The notes under the pieces are model-generated. The model was not told where the DNA came from and did no database searches. It worked only from the letters and a program-made list of their open reading frames with translations. From Escherichia coli (lineage in GTDB: Bacteria > Pseudomonadota > Gammaproteobacteria > Enterobacterales > Enterobacteriaceae): a stretch of 64,000 bases of DNA. The first letter of the stretch is position 1, and the number at the start of each line of letters is the position of its first letter. Below are positions 49,441-58,324 of this stretch, piece by piece. The stretch lies in assembly GCF_024223415.1 (NCBI RefSeq), contig NZ_CP100500.1; one strand, 5' to 3'. The position numbers were made by a program, and so were the translations under genes.

Positions 49441-49917
49441 TTAAAGCAGACCATGTTCGGCAAAGGAGAAAACCTGGTTGCCACCGACTATCAGATGGTC
49501 CGGCACCCGGATATCCACCAGGCCCAGTGCCTGTACCAGACGTTCCGTGATAAGGCGGTCTGCCTTACTGGGTGTGACTTCACCGGAGGGGTGATTGTGT
49601 GCCAGCACCACGGCAGCGGCATTGTGGTACAGGGCGCGTTTAATCACTTCCCGGGGATGGACTTCCGTGCGGTTGATGGTGCCGGTAAAGAGGGTTTCAC
49701 CGGCAATCAGTTGATTCTGGTTATTCAGATACAGCACCCGGAATTCTTCACGCTCCAGTCCCGCCATGTTCAGAATCAGCCATTCCCGTGCTGCACGGGT
49801 GGAGGTGAAGGCCACGCCGGGTTCATGAAGATGGCGGTCCAGGGTTTTCAGGGCCCGTTGAATGAGGCTGCGCTCGCCGGGCGTCATCTCTCCGGGCAGA
49901 AAGGAAAGTTGTTGCAT
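49441..49917 (-). CDS. yeeS: RadC-like JAB-domain protein
   Basis: 158-aa ORF with JAMM motif (HNHPSGEVTPSKADRLIT). Confidence 0.8.
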   Translation of the reverse strand: MQQLSFLPGEMTPGERSLIQRALKTLDRHLHEPGVAFTSTRAAREWLILNMAGLEREEFRVLYLNNQNQLIAGETLFTGTINRTEVHPREVIKRALYHNAAAVVLAHNHPSGEVTPSKADRLITERLVQALGLVDIRVPDHLIVGGNQVFSFAEHGLL

Positions 49918-49932
49918 TGTGCTTCTCTCAAT

Positions 49933-50412
49933 TCAGTCGATGATGCGCATAATGGCGCTGCATTCCGGATGCTGCAGGGCGTAATCCCGCAACCGGTAAT
50001 AATGGACCGTCATGGCATAATTCTCCGTACGACAGGCATGATGACTGTACGTCATCAGACAGGCGGCAATACCGGCGGCTTCCGGGCTCATTTCTGCGCG
50101 GTTACCGTTCATGGCATTGAACAGTACCCATGTTTCGTCATCATCGTCATCCGGTTCGGGTGCCATAAATGCCCCGCCGTTGTTCAGGGTGTACAGATTC
50201 CAGATACCACCGCAGTAGTCTTCGCACAGACGGTCCATCCAGCCGAAGACACGGGGCTCCAGGGTCACCCACTGTGGAATGAGGCCAAAATGCTGCGGCC
50301 AGAAGCTGATGCGCTGTTCATCAGGGACGAGGCTGGCAACCAACTGAGGCGGATTATTCTCTGGTGTTGTAGCTGAATAAATTGTGGGGGTATTCTGAGA
50401 AACGGTTTTCAT
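49933..50412 (-). CDS. antirestriction protein (ArdB/KlcA/YfjX-like)
   Basis: 159-aa acidic ORF (DDDDDE stretch) of the type found in CP4-type islands. Confidence 0.7.
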   Translation of the reverse strand: MKTVSQNTPTIYSATTPENNPPQLVASLVPDEQRISFWPQHFGLIPQWVTLEPRVFGWMDRLCEDYCGGIWNLYTLNNGGAFMAPEPDDDDDETWVLFNAMNGNRAEMSPEAAGIAACLMTYSHHACRTENYAMTVHYYRLRDYALQHPECSAIMRIID

Positions 50413-50493
50413 GAGATAACTCCTTAAATAACAAATAAATGTGTGTTTTTCAGGAACGAAAGCTGAATGATTCCCTCACTCAGGGAAACGGCA

Positions 50494-51315
50494 TCAGCGC
50501 AGGCTCTCCAGCATCGTTTCTGCCATCACCCACAATGCGCGATTGAGCTTAATGTCGGTATCAATGCTGTGAATGGCCCGGGTATGGATACGTTTTCCTT
50601 TTGCACTGCGACCGGAAATCCCGCCTTTCAGCATATTCTCCTGGATGGTCTGATATGCGCTCCACAGGTCCTTACCGTAATCCTCCCGGCGTCGCGGCGT
50701 CAGAATGTCGGCGGTGGTGACGGGCTGATGTTCGTCACCATAACGGTAAGTCAGTGCCGCCTGTGCCAGCGCCTGGCGTGCCGGTGGCGGCAGGACCAGC
50801 GACTGCATGGCATCACGCTTCTCCTCTATCCGGTCAAACACGCCCACCACCTCGTAAGCCCCTTCAATGACTCTGTCCACCACATTTCCCCGGTGCGGAA
50901 CACGCACTTCCCCCAGAGACTGACCACAGACGCAGCCGTTCTGGCAGACGAACCTGAAGTAACCCGGCAGCATCTGGTAGCTGGAGGTACCGTCATGAGA
51001 GTTGAGCAGAATAATTTCAGGGACATGTTCTCCGTTTATCTCTCCGGCCCGCCGCAGACGCAGCATGTGTTTGGTATATTCCCGGCGGCTCTGGTCGCGC
51101 ACACGGGTCTGGCAGGCGAAGAACGGCTGAAAGCCTTCCCGCTGCAGATTTTCCAGGACGGTAATGGTGGGAATGTACGCATACCGTTCACTGCGGGAGG
51201 TGTGCCGGTCTTCCCCAAAAATACTGGGTACATGGCGTATCAGTTCTTCATGTGTCAGCGGACGGTCACGGCGTATCTGGTTTGCAGCATAACCAAAACG
51301 ACTGGCTAATCGCAT
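50494..51315 (-). CDS. DUF932-family prophage protein (YfjQ/YafZ-like)
   Basis: 273-aa ORF of the family that follows the GTPase gene in CP4-type islands. Confidence 0.75.
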   Translation of the reverse strand: MRLASRFGYAANQIRRDRPLTHEELIRHVPSIFGEDRHTSRSERYAYIPTITVLENLQREGFQPFFACQTRVRDQSRREYTKHMLRLRRAGEINGEHVPEIILLNSHDGTSSYQMLPGYFRFVCQNGCVCGQSLGEVRVPHRGNVVDRVIEGAYEVVGVFDRIEEKRDAMQSLVLPPPARQALAQAALTYRYGDEHQPVTTADILTPRRREDYGKDLWSAYQTIQENMLKGGISGRSAKGKRIHTRAIHSIDTDIKLNRALWVMAETMLESLR

Positions 51316-51363
51316 ACTTTGCTCCTTATCGGTGGTTAAGATTTACTGGTGCAATAAATGAAA

Positions 51364-51392
51364 AAAGCCGCGTCTCCCGGAGAAGACGCGGC
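51364..51392 (-). terminator. putative rho-independent terminator after the secreted-protein genes
   Basis: Minus-strand hairpin GCCGCGTCT-loop-AGACGCGGC followed by TTTTTT. Confidence 0.45.
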
Positions 51393-51535
51393 CTGACGGG
51401 TGAAATGAATAAGGTTTATTGTCTGAGAGGCCTTTCACTGGCGAGCCACGCATTAAGCGGCTTTCCGGTAACAATGGCTGGGGCTGTATTTACCTTTGAT
51501 ATTAATAATGTGCAGAGAAACGCATGGTTTACTCC

Positions 51536-51946
51536 TTAGATTTTAAGTTTGTCCTGGGCTACAACGACAGGTTTTCCGGATGTGTCGATGACTCCTACCG
51601 TCGGTACGCCATTTTTGATTTCGAAGAACGGTTTGTTGCTACCTGAGCACAGTTGATTGTCCCCGTATTCAATCATTTGTGCTTTCCCGGTTTTCAGGTT
51701 AACTACCGAGACAGTGTAGTCGTAGCACCAGGCACCACCACGTTCAAGCACGAAAACATAGCTGTTATCTTTATAGTTGAACTGATTCTTTGTCTGGCAA
51801 TTCATACCGTCAATTTCGGTACAGGAAAACGCTTCTGTAGTATTAACGTATTTGATGTTATTTGGCAGTTTTACTTGTTTCGCAGTAGCGAAGACAGAGA
51901 ACAGAATAGTTACAGCAACGAGTAAAGTTTTGATAAAAGTTTTCAT
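51536..51946 (-). CDS. hypothetical secreted protein
   Basis: 136-aa ORF with a typical Sec signal peptide (MKTFIKTLLVAVTILFSVFATA), four Cys, low GC. Confidence 0.5.
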   Translation of the reverse strand: MKTFIKTLLVAVTILFSVFATAKQVKLPNNIKYVNTTEAFSCTEIDGMNCQTKNQFNYKDNSYVFVLERGGAWCYDYTVSVVNLKTGKAQMIEYGDNQLCSGSNKPFFEIKNGVPTVGVIDTSGKPVVVAQDKLKI

Positions 51947-51961
51947 GATAGACTCCTTAAA

Positions 51962-52450
51962 TTAGTTAAACGCAGCTACGTAGTTTTTCACCAGATACGC
52001 GAATTCATGCACGCCAATTTCACCGAACCAAACCAGGTAGGCCGGGTCATCTAAACCAAAGTAACGGTAGCCAACAACTTCATGGGTTTTTGGGTTATAG
52101 AGTGTTACGATAAAGTCCCAGCCGCAGGTATTGGCTTTGCAACCGTCGCCCTGGAGCCAGACTGTATCGTTAATGTTTACTGGCGTGATACCTCCACCAG
52201 GGCCATCCATATAGCCGCCTTTACCGAACATGCCGCTCAGTCCGACCGGTTTTAATGCTTTGTCGATAGCGGCTTTGTAGGTAGCGTCACCTTCGTACAA
52301 CTCGTACGTTGATGGACACGCTCCAGGTTGTTCAGCCCAGGCTTCCGGGTTACAACTAAGTGCTTGTTTTACGGTAGCCGCTTCTGCGTTAAAGTTAAAG
52401 CCCGTGAACAGAACCGCCAGAAATAACATAAGGGTATGTAAACGTTTCAT
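51962..52450 (-). CDS. hypothetical secreted Cys-rich protein
   Basis: ORF 51962..52753; probable start at MKRLHTLMLFLAVLFTGFNFNAEA (signal peptide) gives about 163 aa; six Cys in the mature part. Confidence 0.5.
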   Translation of the reverse strand: MKRLHTLMLFLAVLFTGFNFNAEAATVKQALSCNPEAWAEQPGACPSTYELYEGDATYKAAIDKALKPVGLSGMFGKGGYMDGPGGGITPVNINDTVWLQGDGCKANTCGWDFIVTLYNPKTHEVVGYRYFGLDDPAYLVWFGEIGVHEFAYLVKNYVAAFN

Positions 52451-52780
52451 TGTAAATATTCTTCCGTTGTAAATGGCGCTGGAAAATTTCTCATCAGTGA
52501 AACCTTCCGGAAGTTTCCCCCCCTTGTATGATGTATATCGCCAGTATTTTATTTCATCCCGGCTGTAATTTTTATATTCCCCGGCACGTGCAATAACGCT
52601 GACCAGAGATATAAGGCTCATTAATAACTTTACAGGTAATTTCATAATTAAATTTCCAGTGAGTGAATTGACAGGTGAGGGGTAAAACTTTCTCTCAGGT
52701 AATATATATCTGAAAATATTTTCAATAACACCAGACAGGAAAAACACCACCACAGGCGGTGGCGTTTCTTTGGGGCGTCT

Positions 52781-53851
52781 TTATTTAATCCGGGCCATCG
52801 CGTTTCTCAGTGCCAAATCTGCCTCTTCCGTTATATCCAGGCTTTTCTGCAATACCGCCTCTGACCGGGTCAGTGCCTGACGTGCTGCCAAGGGGTTCCG
52901 GATATGCTCCATCGTCAGCATCGTGTCTTCATAGCCCTGCTGACGCCAGATGTCGGTATGTGCCGATGTAAAACTGAGCAGACCGCCACTTTTGCCTTCT
53001 TCCCCTGTGTGTTTCAGCCTTTTCCGGGGACGGATTTCAAGGATTGTGGTGTCCGGAAAAGCCCGGCGATCCCATAAAGAACCGTCACTCAGATGCGTCA
53101 CAATCACCATATTGCATCCGGCATCGACCAGAGGCGTTACAGGGGTATTTCCCTGCATATTTCGCCATCCTCCCATCCCACCATCACCGAACATTGTCCC
53201 CTGAACCTCACGGGGATGGAACAACAGGGGCAGTGCGGCTGACGCAAGCAGAGCCTCTTTCTGCTGTCCGCGGGGCAGACTCTGGATATGCTGAAAAACG
53301 GCGTTTTTCGTGGTTCCGGCACCCAGTTCAGCACGAATGCAGTCAATAATATCCTGCATGCCCCCTTCTGTGGGGTACAGCGACACATACAGCGGTAGCC
53401 CGTCTGCCAGAGCATCAGTATCAAGATAATGATCCATCAGCGCTGTCAGAGGCTCATCTGACAACAGCGGCTGAGCCATCGGATTGTCGAAGCCGTTGAT
53501 TATCGATATATGGCGAAGAAGTATCGTAAGCAGTGCTCCTGCACGTCCGGGGATCTGGCAGAGGTTCATTGCCTGGAACAATTTTTTCAGCAATGAAAAG
53601 TAAACCGATCGGTTTACCGACAGCACCTGATTATTCCCCAGATGATCCCAGAGCGCCTCCAGGCGTACGGCAGCTTCTGACAGATCGGGAGAGGCCGCGA
53701 TAATGGCACCATTGAATGCGCCAATGCTGGCCCCTGAAACCATGCTGATCTGTGTACCACACTCTGCCAGTGCCTTAACCACTCCCGCCTGATAAGCGCC
53801 CACCGCCCCGCCACCGGACAGCACCAGCCCCGTTTTCATTTCTGTACTCAT
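52781..53851 (-). CDS. patatin-like phospholipase
   Basis: 356-aa ORF with glycine-rich oxyanion loop (SGGGAVGAYQAG), GxSxG nucleophile motif (GASIG) and catalytic DGG (FGDGGMGG); no signal peptide; start overlaps the upstream gene's stop. Confidence 0.8.
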   Translation of the reverse strand: MSTEMKTGLVLSGGGAVGAYQAGVVKALAECGTQISMVSGASIGAFNGAIIAASPDLSEAAVRLEALWDHLGNNQVLSVNRSVYFSLLKKLFQAMNLCQIPGRAGALLTILLRHISIINGFDNPMAQPLLSDEPLTALMDHYLDTDALADGLPLYVSLYPTEGGMQDIIDCIRAELGAGTTKNAVFQHIQSLPRGQQKEALLASAALPLLFHPREVQGTMFGDGGMGGWRNMQGNTPVTPLVDAGCNMVIVTHLSDGSLWDRRAFPDTTILEIRPRKRLKHTGEEGKSGGLLSFTSAHTDIWRQQGYEDTMLTMEHIRNPLAARQALTRSEAVLQKSLDITEEADLALRNAMARIK

Positions 53852-54753
53852 GCAGCCCCCTTCTGAAATATTTCATCGACCATACTTTCAGAGAGGCGTT
53901 CTGCAGAGCAGAGGCGAGGCATGCGAACCGGTAAGTGTTCTGCAGCCTGCGTGGTTGACCAGATCACCGGATGCTGCTCTTCACTGCACCAGTCTCCCAG
54001 CCAGTTAATCGCGTCATGCCACTCGTTATCTGCCTGCTCCCGGCCCTGACCACCAAGCCAGTCCAGAGTGTTCAGACGCACGGTTGCACTACCGCCACTC
54101 TCCTGTGCCATCTGCGTTAATGCTTTATGTCTGAGAATATCCAGTAGCTGGTTAACCTGGCCTGTTTCGCTCTGACGTATCACATCACCAAACGCGCCCC
54201 AGCGAAGCTCTTCAAGTGCCACATAACAACGTCCGGCAGGGGAAAATGACGCATATCGCCCGGCGCTCCACCATGAGAATATCTGCTCAAGATGTAACTG
54301 CGCCCGCTGAACCTGGTCAACACGGTGGAGTTTTTCTTCAAGATGATTCAGTTTATGGTGAACCTGATCGGCCAGGGTGAGTAACTGCTCCCGCGTATCT
54401 GCGGAATAATGCGCCAGCCTGGCTGTATCACTGACCAGTGAACTGACCCTGTCGTTTACCCGGGTAATCGCGTAGTTTGTGGTGGCAAGTGACGTTGTCA
54501 TCTCCGTCAGCCAGCGCAGGGACGCCTCAACGCCCTGTGCAAGCGACGCATTGATGGCATTCTGCCGTGCAGCGCCTTCGCCGGTCAGCCCCTCTTTTAA
54601 ACGCCGGAAGAACGTGCGCTCTCCGGCCGTGCGGATATGCTCCTGTGCAACATCGATTCCGTTTGCGAAATCAACCACAAATTTTTCAGGAAGACAGGTG
54701 AGTACCTGACATACCCGGTTATCAGCAATTTGTTGAATAAATGGTGAAGTCAC
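53848..54753 (-). CDS. hypothetical protein (partner of the dynamin-like GTPase)
   Basis: 301-aa ORF, predicted alpha-helical, GTG start overlapping the stop of the upstream gene (GTGA) with a GGAGA RBS about 10 nt upstream. Confidence 0.55.
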   Translation of the reverse strand: MTSPFIQQIADNRVCQVLTCLPEKFVVDFANGIDVAQEHIRTAGERTFFRRLKEGLTGEGAARQNAINASLAQGVEASLRWLTEMTTSLATTNYAITRVNDRVSSLVSDTARLAHYSADTREQLLTLADQVHHKLNHLEEKLHRVDQVQRAQLHLEQIFSWWSAGRYASFSPAGRCYVALEELRWGAFGDVIRQSETGQVNQLLDILRHKALTQMAQESGGSATVRLNTLDWLGGQGREQADNEWHDAINWLGDWCSEEQHPVIWSTTQAAEHLPVRMPRLCSAERLSESMVDEIFQKGAA

Positions 54754-57146
54754 AGCATTGTCTCCAGCTCTTCCCTCAGCGCCTTACTGTCAGTAATGAG
54801 CTCAGGAACCCTTTCATTTAATGCCTGAAGTCGCCCGGTAAGTCGTTCCTGCGCCTGCTGATCGCGTTTATGATCTTCAGAGCTCTGAATCAGCGTGTTA
54901 CGCAGTTGTTCAACTTTCTCCCTGAATGCGCAGAAAAAGGCATCGATTTCCTGGCGGACGGGCTGGTTAATATCCTGCTCAATGGATGCCTGCAGCTCCC
55001 CGAAATATGCCCGGGTCAGTGACATAACTTCCTCTCTGACCTTGTTGATATTGATCACGCTGCGACTCACATCCTCGTCATAGTTTTCCCAGCCCAGGTC
55101 ACTGGTGCCAAACCATCGACAAACGGTTCCCCATACGCCACTCTGCCGACGGCGACGGGTGACGGTCTCCGTTCTTTCCTCCATAAGCGCACTCAGATTT
55201 ATTTTTACCGCGAGCCGGGTCTGTAACTGGCTGACTGCCGGAAAACTGATTTTTACGGTAAAGCCCTCATCCTCCAGGCGGGCATTGATGCGACCGGCAA
55301 TGTTTTCTGTGGCGTACAGGGCCGTGCCACGAAAACCTGTTTCAATCCCGCTGACGATTTTCTCCAGCTCAGGCCGGAACTGTGCTTCAGCCTCACGGTG
55401 CAGGCTGGTCACGGTCGATTCGATTTGCGTCATCAGTTCAAGGGCTTCCCTGCGATCACTGAATTTTATTTCGGGGCTGTCCGGGGCAAAATCTCGTTTC
55501 CTGTAATCCTCCCGGCCCTGGTTGTTGATACCGGACCATTGAGAAATTTTCCCCCATAATCCGGACTGAGACCTTCGTTGTTCTGCGTCTTCTTCCTCCA
55601 GCATTTGCTGTTCTTTGCGTTTACCGCTTCTGAAATAGTCATTCAGCTCCTCTTCCAGTGAGGTGCAGACCCCCGTCAGTAATTCCCGGGTTTTAGTATC
55701 GATCTCCTCCATGGCCATTCTGACATCAGTGGTCATCTGCTCCTGACAGTCCGCGATTTCCCGGATATCCGCAAGCAGGCTGGTGATATGCGACTGCAGT
55801 GACTGAATGCTTTGCTGTAGCCCCTGATGGCGTAACAACAGGTATTCACTGATATTTTCTGCATTCTGCATCAGTTTTGCGGCGGCAGAGTCAACCGCCA
55901 GTGCCGCAGCTCTGGAATGTGAGCTCTGTATGACTTCCGTTATCAGTTGATCGATAAGTGAGCCTTCCCACAGGTCTGTCGCCCCTTCAGTTGCCAGTTC
56001 ACTGTCTTTACAGACGTATTCTTTTTTCATGCAACCGAAGGCACCTCTGATAAAATCATCGACCCAGGCTTCATCAACAGGAAGGGTTCCGTTTTTCCGT
56101 AACTCATGAAGCGCACGGTTAGCCAGGTATGCCTGGCGTGAGGATCCGGGATAAACGCGGGAGGCGGGCAGCACATCGCTGTTCAGCATTGCCGGAACTT
56201 TCTGGCGTACGGCATCTGCCCCATCGCCATTGCGGTCTTTCTCATCAAATTTATTGACCAGTACAAACAGGCGGCCGGCTGATACGTCAGCAATGGCATT
56301 AAGCTCTTTACGGACGTCTTCATCCGCTTTTGAGTTCATCTGGGTGTAATCCATCACAGCCAGAACCGCAGAGGCTTTCTGCAGTTGATCCCGCATCATC
56401 ACTTCCATCTGCGGTTGTCCGGCCTCATTAGGGCCGGGGGTATCCAGCAGTGTGAGTGTTCCCTGGCATGCATCCATCCCCACCAGATGGCTGAATTCCA
56501 CGTCGATCACCGGCAGTTTCTGCACTTCTGCGTATTCATCAAAAGGAAATTCAGTCCCCATTGCCGCAGCAAGACGAACCAGATCGTTTAACGATGCCAG
56601 TCCGGTAAAGATTTCCTCCTCCCCGTGGTATTCATTTTTGAGCCAGCCATCATCCGTCAGAATATCCAGCAGTTCGCGGGTATCCCCGGTTTGCTGCAGG
56701 GTCTGTGCGACCTGCTGTCCTGCCGGGGTGGCGAGTTTTTCCTGCAGTGTGATTAATAAATTGCGGACAGGCTGAATATGTTCCAGATGGAGAACCGGCT
56801 CAGTTTTTCCGGGAACGTGGCGGATGAGCGTCGGTACAGAGGTCATGGGGCGGTTACGGTTAGGCAGAATTTCCTGCCCCACAATGGCGTTGATGGTGGT
56901 TGATTTGCCTGCTTTCATCGTGCCGACAACAGCCAGCACCATCTCCCTGCGGGCGGTTTTGATTTGTTCGCCCTCCAGCTCCTCAATTCTTTTCAGTGCT
57001 TTCTGTTTATCAAAAAGCAGTCTGTTTTCGTTCTTACTGTCAGATAACACATCTGGCTCCTCAACCATTTGCCGGAGCAGATTAATGTTCAGTTGCAAAA
57101 GTCGGTCGGCTTCATCACAAAGCAGGGCGATGTTCTTTTCGTGCAT
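54750..57146 (-). CDS. dynamin-like large GTPase
   Basis: 798-aa ORF with G1 P-loop (GTMKAGKST), switch-I Thr, G3 (LLDTPG) and G4 (LVNKFD) in the N-terminal third, then long helical/coiled-coil regions. Confidence 0.8.
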   Translation of the reverse strand: MHEKNIALLCDEADRLLQLNINLLRQMVEEPDVLSDSKNENRLLFDKQKALKRIEELEGEQIKTARREMVLAVVGTMKAGKSTTINAIVGQEILPNRNRPMTSVPTLIRHVPGKTEPVLHLEHIQPVRNLLITLQEKLATPAGQQVAQTLQQTGDTRELLDILTDDGWLKNEYHGEEEIFTGLASLNDLVRLAAAMGTEFPFDEYAEVQKLPVIDVEFSHLVGMDACQGTLTLLDTPGPNEAGQPQMEVMMRDQLQKASAVLAVMDYTQMNSKADEDVRKELNAIADVSAGRLFVLVNKFDEKDRNGDGADAVRQKVPAMLNSDVLPASRVYPGSSRQAYLANRALHELRKNGTLPVDEAWVDDFIRGAFGCMKKEYVCKDSELATEGATDLWEGSLIDQLITEVIQSSHSRAAALAVDSAAAKLMQNAENISEYLLLRHQGLQQSIQSLQSHITSLLADIREIADCQEQMTTDVRMAMEEIDTKTRELLTGVCTSLEEELNDYFRSGKRKEQQMLEEEDAEQRRSQSGLWGKISQWSGINNQGREDYRKRDFAPDSPEIKFSDRREALELMTQIESTVTSLHREAEAQFRPELEKIVSGIETGFRGTALYATENIAGRINARLEDEGFTVKISFPAVSQLQTRLAVKINLSALMEERTETVTRRRRQSGVWGTVCRWFGTSDLGWENYDEDVSRSVININKVREEVMSLTRAYFGELQASIEQDINQPVRQEIDAFFCAFREKVEQLRNTLIQSSEDHKRDQQAQERLTGRLQALNERVPELITDSKALREELETML

Positions 57147-57363
57147 TATTTAACCTTCCTAAGACGCATTTTCATGACAACCACGGAGGAGGTCATTTAC
57201 TACAAACGATCGTTTATAACGATCGATATGATAGTAACGATCGATACATTCTATTAACTTGAGAAACACAACGCAAGGGGACAACCCGGGTATGGCTGCG
57301 TTTGCATAGTGTTTTCATGGAGTTAAAAATCTGTAACAACAGCCTGGTACATCACCACCGGGT

Positions 57364-58280
57364 TCAGAAGAAAATCCAGTTCCATACCGCGCGGGCAACA
57401 GAGACCACCGAGTCACGGACGGCGCGCAGAACCGTGCGTGCAACAGAGGCAATGCAGACGCTCTCCGCCGTGTCAAATATCCGGTCCACCGCACCGGTAA
57501 ACTGTTCACGGGCCTGAGACCGGACAGACTCCGTGCGCAGCTCGTCCTGCAGGCGGGTCATCAGGGGACTGGCGGCATGGTCGGGAAGTGCTGTCATGAG
57601 CGCACTGACCAGCGTATCCAGTTCCCAGCCGGTGCGGGCCGATACGGCAACAACCCGATGTACGGGCCGGAACAGACGGAATACCGCCTCCGTTTTTTCG
57701 CGAATGTTCTGTGCCTGTGCGGGAGAAGGCTGAATACCGGCCATATCCCATTCATGGCAGGGCTCCGTTTTATCGGCCTGCATCACCACAAACAGTACCC
57801 GCTGATGTCCCCGGTGCAGGATGTGTCGCCAGAAATACTCATCCACAGACAGGGCACGGTCATCGGCTTTAATCAGCCACAGTACCAGGTCCAGTTCGAG
57901 CAGAATGTCACGGTACAGGGCTTCATACTCTGCATCCCTGTCCCGGCTCTCGCCCACCCCACCCCGGGCAGGTCAGTGATAACCATGCTGTGACCATGGC
58001 CATTCAGACGGAAGCGCTGCACTTCCCGGGGGCCGGCGTGAACATCACTGACCGGGGTGACCTCCCCCTGAAACAGCGCATTACAGAGTGAGGATTTACC
58101 GGCCCCGCTTTTACCCATAATGCCAGGCACGGGTTCGTGACTGGTGAGTTTGCGCAGATGTTCCAGGATGTGACGGGAAAGTGAGTAAGGCAGGGAGGAG
58201 AGCGGTTTTTCAATTGCCTCAATGGCATCAGACGGATTCATACATGTATTCCCGGTGAAAAAAGACAAAACCCCGCGCAC
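57364..58280 (-). pseudogene. YeeP/YfjP/YkfA-family small GTPase, frameshifted
   Basis: N-terminal part with P-loop (GKSGAGKSS) and DLPGVG in ORF 57873..58280; C-terminal part in overlapping ORF 57364..57957 in another frame; break coincides with a tandem ACCCC-ACCCC repeat. Confidence 0.7.
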
Positions 58281-58324
58281 CGGAAAGGTGGCGGGGGATT
58301 CACGGAAATAATATCTGTCTGAAA

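Noticed and set aside
49453-50376. 307-aa plus-strand ORF spanning yeeS and the antirestriction gene
   Set aside because: Both minus-strand genes are recognisable families and the plus-strand ORF crosses their intergenic gap; it is a GC-bias artefact.
50467-51309. 280-aa plus-strand ORF opposite the DUF932 gene
   Set aside because: The minus-strand product is the recognisable DUF932 (YfjQ-like) protein; the plus-strand translation has no recognisable features.
52451-52753. About 100-codon upstream extension of the secreted-protein ORF
   Set aside because: The signal peptide begins at the internal Met (MKRLHTLML…); the upstream in-frame stretch is most likely untranslated leader.
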